Assembly (NCBI GenBank): GCA_040954595.2
Contig: CM082577.2
Span: 17,313,400-17,377,399 of the forward strand
DNA: 64,000 bases
Reading direction: 5' to 3'
DNA from: Balanoglossus misakiensis
Taxonomy: Eukaryota > Animalia > Hemichordata
In this document: one piece after another, positions 1-11,085 of the stretch
How positions within the stretch are numbered: position 1 is the first letter of the stretch
Layout: each line of letters starts with the position of its first letter
Translations under genes and position numbers: made by a program
The notes under the pieces: model-generated
What the model saw: only the letters and a program-made list of their open reading frames with translations
What the model was told of the DNA's origin: nothing
Database searches by the model: none

Positions 1-794
1 TGATTCAAATTATACCGCCTTTTCTGGAATTTGCAGCACTTTTTACAAGAGAACGACACTCCATGCTCCATAATATTTTCTGAAAATGAAGAAAAGAGTT
101 AATTTTTTATGATTTTTTAAAAATTTACAATTTTTGTCAAAATATGGCCAAAATGGCTATTTTTTCTTGAATTCCGTCAATATCTCTGCATTTTTTGAGT
201 GGTCGAAAGTTTTAACATACAATCAACATGTCATATATGATCATGGCACCAAATTCGAAGAACAAAGGTTTTTTTATTATTTTTTCTAAAAATGACATTT
301 TCAAGGAAAATTTGGTAAAATGCAATTTTGTCTGCAGTGAGCCAAATTAGACGGTCTTTTGTGGAATTTGTATCGATATATACATACGAAGAGCATTCTA
401 TACTCCATCAGATTTCCGAAAATGTAGAAAACAGTTATTTTTTGTAATTTTCAAAAAATTACCATTTTGACCAAATTGTGGCTAAAATTGTTATTTTCGT
501 GTTGAATGCCGCCAGTGTCACTGCTTTTAAAAGTCATAAAAACTTTGAACATACAAGCAATTGTTTATATATGATCAGGTCACCGAATTAAAAAAATAAA
601 GAATGTTTTGCCTAAAAATGACCTTTTTGGTGCAAAAACGCAATTTTGTATTAAATCAGCTCATTCAGAGTGCATTTTTTATAATCAGCACCATTTTTAC
701 ATATAATGGAAATTTCATACATCATCAGATATCCAAATATGAAAAAATGATTTATATTTTAGATGATTGTCCAAAATTAGCTGATATCTAATAA

Positions 795-1015
795 ATGTAG
801 TATTGAACCGTTCTGTTCCCCCCCCCCCCTACATTATATGCCGTACGCCGATGTAAGCTAACCCGGCAGTACTGCAGGCCGTGCCCCCAACTAACGTCGG
901 TGTTTGAAACGCCCTGGTTAAATTCGGGCTTTCTCTATAAATTGACAGGCAATAATGCAGTCCTACCCGAACAAATGTCGAGTGTTGACCCGCTGTGACT
1001 TTCCCTCTTCGGTTT
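795..1015. other. Non-repetitive core of the macrosatellite unit (representative, unit 1): poly-C tract, stem-loops, TATAAA
   Basis: The only part of the unit without internal tandem periodicity. It contains C12 (818-829), a 10-bp stem 845-854/894-903, the palindrome GCAGTACTGC (866-875), a GCCC..GGGC hairpin (911-929) and TATAAA (936-941). Function unknown. Confidence 0.7.
818..829. repeat. Length-variable poly-C tract (C9-C14), one per unit
   Basis: C12 here, C9 at ~18129, C14 at ~28333 and ~59038. Some of the length variation may be sequencing error. Confidence 0.9.
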
Positions 1016-1779
1016 GCCCGACTTAGCCAACGTCTTTGTACTAGAGTGTCGGGCCTTTTGCAGAGCCAGGCCGAAGGAAATCCGACTTGATCACCGTTGC
1101 TAACGAACGCTAGTGTCTGTCATGGTGTGCCGGGGTTTTAGTCGAGCCAGGCCGTAGGAGATCTGACTTGATCATCGTGGTCAATGTACGCGTGTTTCCG
1201 CTCTAAAGTGCCGAGGCTTCAGCTAAACCAGGCCGTAGGAAATCCGACGTAATCACCGTTGATAACTTACGCCAGTCTGTGTCATATAGAGCCGATGCAC
1301 CAGCCGAGTCACGCCGTAGGAAATCTGACTTGATCAACGTGGTCAATGTACGCCTGTTTCTGCTCTAGAGTGCCGGGGCTTCAGCTGAGCCAGTCCGTAG
1401 GAAACCCGACGTGATTACCGTTGTTAACTTACGCCAGTCTGTGTCCTATAGTGCCGGGGCATCAGCCGTGCCAGGCCGAAGGAAATGTGAGTTGATCAAC
1501 GTGGTCTCTGTACGCGTGTTTCTGCTCGAGAGTGCCGGGGCTTTATCCAAGCCATGCCGTAGAAAATCTGACTTGATCACCGTTGCTAACGTACGCTAGT
1601 GTCTGTCATATTGTGACGGAGATTTAGCCGAGCCAGGCCGTAGAAAAATCGACTTGTTCAACGTTACCAGTGTGCAACTGTTTCTGCTCTAGAATGTCAG
1701 GGTTTAAGCCGACTTATGCTGTAGGAAATCTGAGTTGATGAACGGGAATCCAATGTTAGAAAACCCGTGTGGAAAGTAT

Positions 1780-2680
1780 CTCTACCCGTTTGAAACTAAG
1801 AAAAGAATTTATTCTTATTTATTTTGTAAAAAAGACAATTTTTCAAAAAAAAAGTCGAAAATGGTAATTTTGTCTTGGGTGATTCAAATTATCTCGCCTT
1901 TTCTGGAATTTGCAGCACTTTTTACAAGAGAACGACAGTTCATGCTCCATAATATTTCTGAAAATGAAGAAAAGAGTTAATTTTTTATGATTTTTTAAAA
2001 ATTTACCATTTTTGTCAAATATGGCCAAAATGGCTATTTTTTCTTGAATTCCGTCAATATCTCTGCATTTTTTGAGTGGTCGAAAGTTTTAACATACAAT
2101 CAACATGTCATATATGATCAGGGCACCAAATTCGAAGAACAAAGGTTTTTTTATTTTATTTTCTAAAAATGACATTTTCAAGGAAAATTTGGTAAAACGC
2201 AATTTTGTCTGCAGTGAGCCAAATTAGACGGTCATTTGTGGAATTTGTATCGATATATACATACGAAGAGCATTCTATACTCCATCAGATTTCCGAAAAT
2301 GTAGAAAACAGTTATTTTTTGTAATTTTCAAAAATTTACCATTTTGACCAAATTGTGGCTAAAATTGTTATTTTCGTGTTGAATGCCGCCAGTGTCACTG
2401 CTTTTAAAAGTCATAAAACCTTTGAACATACAAGCAATTGTTTATATATGATCAGGTCACCGAATTAAAAAAATAAATAATGTTTTGCCTAAAAATGACC
2501 TTTTTGGTGCAAAAACGGATAAAACGCAATTTTGTATTAAATCAGCTCATTCAGAGTGCATTTTTTATAATCAGCACCATTTTTACATATAATGGAAATT
2601 TCATACATCATCAGATATCCAAATATGAAAAAAATGATTTAGATTTTAGATGATTGTCCAAAATTAGCTGATATCTAATA
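1780..2680. repeat. AT-rich block (representative): ~2.7 diverged copies of a ~333-bp repeat, itself a probable dimer of ~167-bp monomers
   Basis: AATTTTGT at 1866/2201/2528, ATTTACCATT at 2001/2334 and GATCAGG at 2116/2450 give a 327-335 bp period. A weaker half-period match (AAAATGGTAATTTTGTCTTG ~1858 vs AAAATGGCTATTTTTTCTTG ~2027) gives ~169 bp. Many A/T tracts. Confidence 0.85.
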
Positions 2681-5600
2681 AATGTAGTATTGAACCGTTC
2701 TGTTCCCCCCCCCCCCCTACATTATATGCCGTACGCCGATGTAAGCTAACCCGGCAGTACTGCAGGCCGTGCCCCCAACTAACGTCGGTGTTTGAAACGC
2801 CCTGGTTAAATTCGGGCTTTCTCTATAAATTGACAGGCAATAATGCAGTCCTACCCGAACAAATGTCGAGTGTTGACCCGCTGTGACTTTCCCTCTTCGG
2901 TTTGCCCGACTTAGCCAACGTCTTTGTACTAGAGTGTCGGGTCTTTTGCAGAGCCAGGCCGAAGGAAATCCGACTTGATCACCTTTGCTAACGAACGCTA
3001 GTGTCTGTCATGGTGTGCCGGGGTTATAGTCGAGCCAGGCCGTAGGAGATCTGACTTGATCATCGTGGTCAATGTACGCGTGTTTTCCGCTCTAAAGTGC
3101 CGGGGCTTCAGCTAAACCAGGCCGTAGGAAATCCGACGTAATCACCGTTGATAACTTACGCCAGTCTGTGTCATATAGAGCCGGTGCACCAGCCGAGTCA
3201 CGCCGTAGGAAATCTGACTTGATCAACGTGGTCATTGTACGCCTGTTTCTGCTCTAGAGTGCCGGGGCTTCAGCTGAGCCAGGCCGTAGGAAACCCGACG
3301 TGATTACCGTTGTTAACTTACGCCAGTCTGTGTCCTATAGTGCCGGGGCATCAGCCGTGCCAGGCCGAAGGAAATGTGAGTTGATCAACGTGGTCTCTGT
3401 ACGCGTGTTTCTGCTCTAGAGTGCCTGGGCTTTAGCCAAGCTATGCCGTAGGAAATCTGACTTGATCAACGTTGCTACCGAACGCTAGTGTCTGTCATAG
3501 TGTGCCGGGGTTTTAGTCGAGCCAAGCCGTAGGAGATCAGACTTGATCAACATGGTCTCTGTACGCGTGTTTCTGCTCTAGAGTGCCGGGGCTTTATCCA
3601 AGCCATGCCGTAGAAAATCTGACTTGATCACCGTTGCTAACGTACACTAGTGTCTGTCATATTGTGACGGAGATTTAGCCGAGCCAGGCCGTAGAAAAAT
3701 CGACTTGTTCAACGTTACCAGTGTGCAACTGTTTCTGCTCTAGAGTGTCAGGGTTTAAGCCGACTTATGCTGTAGGAAATCTGAGTTGATGAACGGGAAT
3801 TCAATGTTAGAAAACCCGTGTGGAAAGTATCTCTACCCGTTTGAAACTAAGAAAAGAATGTATTCTTATTTATTTTGTAAAAAAGACAATTTTTCGAAAA
3901 AAAAGTCGAAAATGGTAATTTTGTCTTGGGTGATTCAAATTATACCGCCTTTTCTGGAATTTGCAGCACTTTTTACAAGAGAACGACACTCCATGCTCCA
4001 TAATATTTTCTGAAAATGAAGAAAAGAGTTAATTTGTTATGATTTTTTAAAAATTTACAATTTTTGTCAAAATATGGCCAAAATGGCTATTTTTTCTTGA
4101 ATTCCGTCAATATCTCTGCATTTTTTGAGTGGTCGAAAGTTTTAACATACAATCAACATGTCATATATGATCATGGCACCAAATTCGAAGAACAAAGGTT
4201 TTTTTATTATTTTTTCTAAAAATGACATTTTCAAGGAAAATTTGGTAAAATGCAATTTTGTCTGCAGTGAGCCAAATTAGACGGTCTTTTGTGGAATTTG
4301 TATCGATATATACATACGAAGAGCATTCTATACTCCATCAGATTTCCGAAAATGTAGAAAACAGTTATTTTTTGTAATTTTCAAAAAATTACCATTTTGA
4401 CCAAATTGTGGCTAAAATTGTTATTTTCGTGTTGAATGCCGCCAGTGTCACTGCTTTTAAAAGTCATAAAAACTTTGAACATACAAGCAATTGTTTATAT
4501 ATGATCAGGTCACCGAATTAAAAAAATAAAGAATGTTTTGCCTAAAAATGACCTTTTTGGTGCAAAAACGCAATTTTGTATTAAATCAGCTCATTCAGAG
4601 TGCATTTTTTATAATCAGCACCATTTTTACATATAATGGAAATTTCATACATCATCAGATATCCAAATATGAAAAAATGATTTATATTTTAGATGATTGT
4701 CCAAAATTAGCTGATATCTAATAAATGTAGTATTGAACCGTTCTGTTCCCCCCCCCCCCCCTACATTATATGCCGTACGCCGATGTAAGCTAACCCGGCA
4801 GTACTGCAGGCCGTGCCCCCAACTAACGTCGGTGTTTGAAACGCCCTGGTTAAATTCGGGCTTTCTCTATAAATTGACAGGCAATAATGCAGTCCTACCC
4901 GAACAAATGTCGAGTGTTGACCCGCTGTGACTTTCCCTCTTCGGTTTGCCCGACTTAGCCAACGTCTTTGTACTAGAGTGTCGGGCCTTTTGCAGAGCCA
5001 GGCCGAAGGAAATCCGACTTGATCACCGTTGCTAACGAACGCTAGTGTCTGTCATGGTGTGCCGGGGTTTTAGTCGAGCCAGGCCGTAGGAGATCTGACT
5101 TGATCATCGTGGTCAATGTACGCGTGTTTCCGCTCTAAAGTGCCGGGGCTTCAGCTAAACCAGGCCGTAGGAAATCCGACGTAATCACCGTTGATAACTT
5201 ACGCCAGTCTGTGTCATATAGAGCCGATGCACCAGCCGAGTCACGCCGTAGGAAATCTGACTTGATCAACGTGGTCAATGTACGCCTGTTTCTGCTCTAG
5301 AGTGCCGGGGCTTCAGCTGAGCCAGTCCGTAGGAAACCCGACGTGATTACCGTTGTTAACTTACGCCAGTCTGTGTCCTATAGTGCCGGGGCATCAGCCG
5401 TGCCAGGCCGAAGGAAATGTGAGTTGATCAACGTGGTCTCTGTACGCGTGTTTCTGCTCTAGAGTGCCGGGGCTTTATCCAAGCCATGCCGTAGAAAATC
5501 TGACTTGATCACCGTTGCTAACGTACGCTAGTGTCTGTCATATTGTGACGGAGATTTAGCCGAGCCAGGCCGTAGAAAAATCGACTTGTTCAACGTTACC

Positions 5601-6835
5601 AGTGTGCAACTGTTTCTGCTCTAGAATGTCAGGGTTTAAGCCGACTTATGCTGTAGGAAATCTGAGTTGATGAACGGGAATCCAATGTTAGAAAACCCGT
5701 GTGGAAAGTATCTCTACCCGTTTGAAACTAAGAAAAGAATTTATTCTTATTTATTTTGTAAAAAAGACAATTTTTCAAAAAAAAAGTCGAAAATGGTAAT
5801 TTTGTCTTGGGTGATTCAAATTATCTCGCCTTTTCTGGAATTTGCAGCACTTTTTACAAGAGAACGACAGTTCATGCTCCATAATATTTATGAAAATGAA
5901 GAAAAGAGTTAATTTTTTATGATTTTTTAAAAATTTACCATTTTTGTCAAATATGGCCAAAATGGCTATTTTTTCTTGAATTCCGTCAATATCTCTGCAT
6001 TTTTTGAGTGGTCGAAAGTTTTAACATACAATCAACATGTCATATATGATCAGGGCACCAAATTCGAAGAACAAAGGTTTTTTTATTTTATTTTCTAAAA
6101 ATGACATTTTCAAGGAAAATTTGGTAAAACGCAATTTTGTCTGCAGTGAGCCAAATTAGACGGTCTTTTGTGGAATTTGTATCGATATATACATACGAAG
6201 AGCATTCTATACTCCATCAGATTTCCGAAAATGTAGAAAACAGTTATTTTTTGTAATTTTCAAAAATTTACCATTTTGACCAAATTGTGGCTAAAAGTGT
6301 TATTTTTGTGTTGAATGCCGCCAGTGTCACTGCTTTTAAAAGTCATAAAACCTTTGAACATACAAGCAATTGTTTATATATGATCAGGTCACCGAATTAA
6401 AAAAATAAATAATGTTTTGCCTAAAAATGACCTTTTTGGTGCAAAAACGAATAAAACGCAATTTTGTATTAAATCAGCTCATTCAGAGTGCATTTTTTAT
6501 AATCAGCACCATTTTTACATATAATGGAAATTTCATACATCATCAGATATCCAAATATGAAAAAATGATTTAGATTTTAGATGATTGTCCAAAATTAGCT
6601 GATATCTAATAAATGTAGTATTGAACCGTTCTGTTCCCCCCCCCCCTACATTATATGCCGTACGCCGATGTAAGCTAACCCGGCAGTACTGCAGGCCGTG
6701 CCCCCAACTAACGTCGGTGTTTGAAACGCCCTGGTTAAATTCGGGCTTTCTCTATAAATTGACAGGCAATAATGCAGTCCTACCCGAACAAATGTCGAGT
6801 GTTGACCCGCTGTGACTTTCCCTCTTCGGTTTTCC

Positions 6836-7722
6836 CGACTTAGCCAACGTCTTTGTACTAGAGTGTCGGGTCTTTTGCAGAGCCAGGCCGAAGGAAATCC
6901 GACTTGATCACCGTTGCTAACGAACGCTAGTGTCTGTCATGGTGTGCCGGGGTTTTAGTCGAGCCAGGCCGTAGGAGATCTGACTTGATCATCGTGGTCA
7001 ATGTACGCGTGTTTCCGCTCTAAAGTGCCGGGGTTTCAGCTAAACCAGGCCGTAGGAAATCCGACGTAATCACCGTTGATAACTTACGCCAGTCTGTGTC
7101 ATATAGAGCCGGTGCACCAGCCGAGTCACGCCGTAGGAAATCTGACTTGATCAACGTGGTCAATGTACGCCTGTTTCTGCTCTAGAGTGCCGGGGCTTCA
7201 GCTGAGCCAGGCCGTAGGAAACCCGACGTGATTACCGTTGTTAACTTACGCCAGTCTGTGTCATATAGTGCCGGGGCATCAGCCGTGCCAGGCCGAAGGA
7301 AATGTGAGTTGATCAACGTGGTCTCTGTACGCGTGTTTCTGCTCTAGAGTGCCTGGGCTTTAGCCAAGCTATGCCGTAGGAAATCTGATTTGATCAACGT
7401 TGCTACCGAACGCTAGTGTCTGTCATAGTGTGCCGGGGTTTTAGTCGAGCCAAGCCGTAGGAGATCAGACTTGATCAACATGGTCTCTGTACGCGTGTTT
7501 CTGTTCTAGAGTGCCGGGGCTTTATCCAAGCCATGCCGTAGAAAATCTGACTTGATCACCGTTGCTAACGTACGCTAGTGTCTGTCATATTGTGACGGAG
7601 ATTTAGCCGAGCCAGGCCATAGAAAAATCGACTTGTTCAACGTTACCAGTGTGCAACTGTTTCTGCTCTAGAGTGTCAGGGTTTAAGCCGACTTATGCTG
7701 TAGGAAATCTGAGTTGATGAAC
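6836..7722. repeat. 81-bp subrepeat block (representative full-length copy, unit 4): 10 full monomers plus degenerate or partial flanking monomers, alternating A/B types
   Basis: The anchor GCCG[T/A]AG[G/A]A falls at 6891, 6972, 7053, 7134, 7215, 7296, 7377, 7458, 7539, 7620 and 7701, exactly 81 bp apart. Monomers alternate between an ACCGTTG..AAC..ACGC(T/C)AGT type and an AACGTGGTC..GTACGC.TGTTTCTGCTCTAGAGTG type. The block is present in every unit. Confidence 0.97.
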
Positions 7723-9670
7723 GGGAATCCAATGTTAGAAAACCCGTGTGGAAAGTATCTCTACCCGTTTGAAACTAAGAAAAGAATTTATTCTTATTTA
7801 TTTTGTAAAAAAGACAATTTTTCGAAGAAAAAAAGTCGAAAATGGTAATTTTGTCTTGGGTGATTCAAATTATACCGCCTTTTCTGGAATTTGCAGCACT
7901 TTTAACAAGAGAACGACACTTCATGCTCCATAATATTTTCTGAAAATGAAGAAAAGAGTTAATTTTTATGATTTTTTAAAAATTTACAATTTTTGTCAAA
8001 ATATGGCCAAAATGGCTATTTTTTCTTGAATTCCGTCAATATCTCTGCATTTTTTGAGTGGTCGAAAGTTTTAACATACAATCAACATGTCATATATGAT
8101 CATGGCACCAAATTCGAAGAACAAAGGTTTTTTTATTATTTTTTCTAAAAATGTCATTTTCAAGGAAAATTTGGTAAAATGCAATTTTGTCTGCAGTGAG
8201 CCAAATTAGACGGTCTTTTGTGGAATTTGTATCGATATATACATACGAAGAGCATTCTATACTCCATCAGATTTCCGAAAATGTAGTAAACAGTTATTTT
8301 TTGTAATTTTCAAAAATTTACCATTTTGACCAAATTGTGGCTAAAATTGTTATTTTCGTGTTGAATGCCGCCAGTGTCACTGCTTTTAAAAGTCATAAAT
8401 CCTTTGAACATACAAGCAATTGTTTATATATGATCAGGTCACCGAATTAAAAAAATAAAGAATGTTTTGCCTAAAAATGACCTTTTTGGTGCAAAAACGC
8501 AATTTTGTATTAAATCAGCTCATTCAGAGTGCATTTTTTATAATCAGCACCATTTTTACATATAATGGAAATTTCATACATCATCAGATATCCAAATATG
8601 AAAAAATGATATAGATTTTAGATGATTGTCCAAAATTAGCTGATATCTAATAAATGTAGTATTGAACCGTTCTGTTCCCCCCCCCCCTACATTATATGCC
8701 GTACGCCGATGTAAGCTAACCCGGCAGTACTGCAGGCCGTGCCCCCAACTAACGTCGGTGTTTGAAACGCCCTGGTTAAATTCGGGCTTTCTCTATAAAT
8801 TGACAGGCAATAATGCAGTCCTACCCGAACAAATGTCGAGTGTTGACCCGCTGTGACTTTCCCTCTTCGGTTTGCCCGACTTAGCCAACGTCTTTGTACT
8901 AGAGTGTCGGGTCTTTTGCAGGGCCAGGCCGAAGGAAATCCGACTTGATCACCGTTGCTAACGAACGCTAGTGTCTGTCATGGTGTGCCGGGGTTTTAGT
9001 CGAGCCAGGCCGTAGGAGATCTGACTTGATCATCGTGGTCAATGTACGCGTGTTTCCGCTCTAAAGTGCCGGGGCTTCAGCTAAACCAGGCCGTAGGAAA
9101 TCCGACGTAATCACCGTTGATAACTTACGCCAGTCTGTGTCATATAGAGCCGGTGCACCAGCCGAGTCACGCCGTAGGAAATTTGACTTGATCAACGTGG
9201 TCAATGTACGCCTGTTTCTGCTCTAGAGTGCCGGGGCTTCAGCTGAGCCAGGCCGTAGGAAACCCGACGTGATTACCGTTGTTAACTTACGCCAGTCTGT
9301 GTCCTATAGTGCCGGGGCATCAGCCGTGCCAGGCCGAAGGAAATGTGAGTTGATCAACGTGGTCTCTGTACGCGTGTTTCTGCTCTAGAGTGCCGGGGCT
9401 TTATCCAAGCCATGCCGTAGAAAATCTGACTTGATCACCGTTGCTAACGTACGCTAGTGTCTGTCATATTGTGACGGAGATTTAGCCGAGCCAGGCCATA
9501 GAAAAATCGACTTGTTCAACGTTACCAGTGTGCAACTGTTTCTGCTCTAGAATGTCAGGGTTTAAGCCGACTTATGCTGTAGGAAATCTGAGTTGATGAA
9601 CGGGAATCCAATGTTAGAAAACCCGTGTGGAAAGTATCTCTACCCGTTTGAAACTAAGAAAAGAATTTAT

Positions 9671-9703
9671 TAGGGGCACAAGCCTATCGGGCTTGTGCCC
9701 CTA
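9671..9703 (+). repeat. 5' hairpin / subterminal inverted repeat of the HINE-like element
   Basis: Perfect 14-bp stem TAGGGGCACAAGCC (9671-9684) / GGCTTGTGCCCCTA (9690-9703) with the 5-nt loop TATCG. Confidence 0.95.
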
Positions 9704-9730
9704 TTGGTATTGTTGGAATATTTCTTCTTT

Positions 9731-9762
9731 ATTATTATTATTATTATTATTATTCTTCTTCT
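9731..9762. repeat. (ATT)8 followed by (CTT)2-3 microsatellite inside the element
   Basis: ATTATTATTATTATTATTATTATT CTTCTTCT, read directly from the sequence. Confidence 0.95.
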
Positions 9763-10473
9763 GAGATTTTCGGCCAGGTAGATCTGGAAAACCGCAGCAC
9801 CTAGGGGGCTGAAACTTGGTAGGGTGGTGGGGGCCAATGAGTAGACGTGCAGTGGCTCGTGAATATTTAATTAGTCACGTGACCTGGCGGCCATATTGGA
9901 TTTCCTGAAAATCGTTAAATGAGTCCTTCTCTAAAACCACTGGGCCGATCGAGTTCAAATTTGGTGTGCAGGTAGCCTACCTTATGTCCATCATTTTACC
10001 CCATTAAAATCATGACGTCATACATAAAGTTTTTTTGCTACAATTGTTTTTCTGAAAAACTACTTAAAACTTTAAAAATCTTCTTCTCCAGAACCAGCGG
10101 TTACCGAGTCTCGGGATTTGGGATATGTGGTCACCTAACTTATGTCTATCAAGTTTGCGAAGCGCACTGTGATTGGTCGATCATTATGGCGGCCATGTTG
10201 GATTTTCGGAAAACCATTGAAAAATGAAAATTCCGTTTTGTAGCCAAAATGTTGACAGCACGGAAATTCTTTTTTTGGATATGAGTCATCATATGACCGG
10301 AAGTTGTCACAATTTTTCGGGGAAATTTTCACATGACCTTTGACCCAGTTTTAAAACAACTAATTATATATGCATATTCCCCATACCTCCTCTTGTCAAA
10401 GCACCACAGTCATGAATTTTGTGGACATGGGTACCAATGCTGCCAGGACATGACACAAATATTTTGGTAATTT

Positions 10474-10812
10474 TGGCAATGACCCTTGACCTATTTCTGA
10501 AACATCATTTTTCTGCATATCTAATTCCAGGCTAACCAATAGGGCTAGAGGTCTGGTTTTAGTTGGACATGGCCCACTCTGGGGTCAAAATTTTATGCCC
10601 AAATTTTGGGTGACCTTGGATGACCTTTGATCTACTTTCCCATGGCAATGACCCTTGACCTATTTCTGAAACATCATTTTTCTGCATATCTAATTCCAGG
10701 CTAACCAATAGGGCTAGAGGTCTGGTTTTAGTTGGACATGGCCCACTCTGGGGTCAAAATTTTATGCCCAAATTTTGGGTGACCTTGGATGACCTTTGAT
10801 CTACTTTCCCAT
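10474..10812. repeat. Perfect 2 x 169-bp tandem duplication inside the element, with a diverged sibling at ~10903-11035
   Basis: TGGCAATGACCCTTGACC starts at 10474 and at 10643. The two copies read identical through CTACTTTCCCAT. A third, diverged copy shares AACCAATAGGGCTAG.GGTCTGGTTTT and GCCCAAATTT.GGGTGACCT. Confidence 0.93.
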
Positions 10813-11085
10813 ATCTCAGCATCCACAGCAGTTAGAGTCCTGGCTTTTGGGGGGCCGATGGAGCACATATGGAGTCTTACACAAGACCTCATTAATTATG
10901 TGCATACATAATTGCAGGCGAACCAATAGGGCTAGGGGTCTGGTTTTTTGTTGGATCTAGACTAGTATGGGGTCCAATATTTTTGCCCAAATTTGGGGTG
11001 ACCTCAGGTGACCTTTGACCTACTTTCCCATATCTTGGTTTCCTAGCAGATACAGCCGTGGCATTTGCTGGTCACCATGGGAACC

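Noticed and set aside
936-957. TATAAA followed by ATG as a Pol II promoter and start codon
   Set aside because: The ATG is only ~14 nt after the box, upstream of where a TATA-directed start would fall, and the frame hits TAG after 23 codons in the standard code.
795-1015. Tandem 5S rRNA, tRNA, snRNA or spliced-leader RNA gene as the reason for the ~2-kb array
   Set aside because: I found no 5S, tRNA A/B-box cloverleaf or U-snRNA sequence on either strand. The AATTTTGT Sm-like motifs belong to the AT-rich subrepeat. An Rfam scan would be needed to exclude a divergent RNA completely.
1733-1797. TTGATGA-ACGGG...CCCGTT-TGAAAC, resembling a hammerhead core, C/D box pair or SECIS element
   Set aside because: It lacks the conserved C of CUGANGA, has extra bases before GAAA and no convincing stems I/III. 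The D box would be TTGA rather than CTGA, and the helix is too short for a SECIS. TTGATGA is explained as a diverged TTGATCA of the last 81-bp monomer.
6892-7701. CRISPR-like appearance of regularly spaced GCCGTAGGAAATC motifs
   Set aside because: The intervening sequences are homologous to each other rather than unique spacers, the block repeats in every unit, and there are no cas genes.
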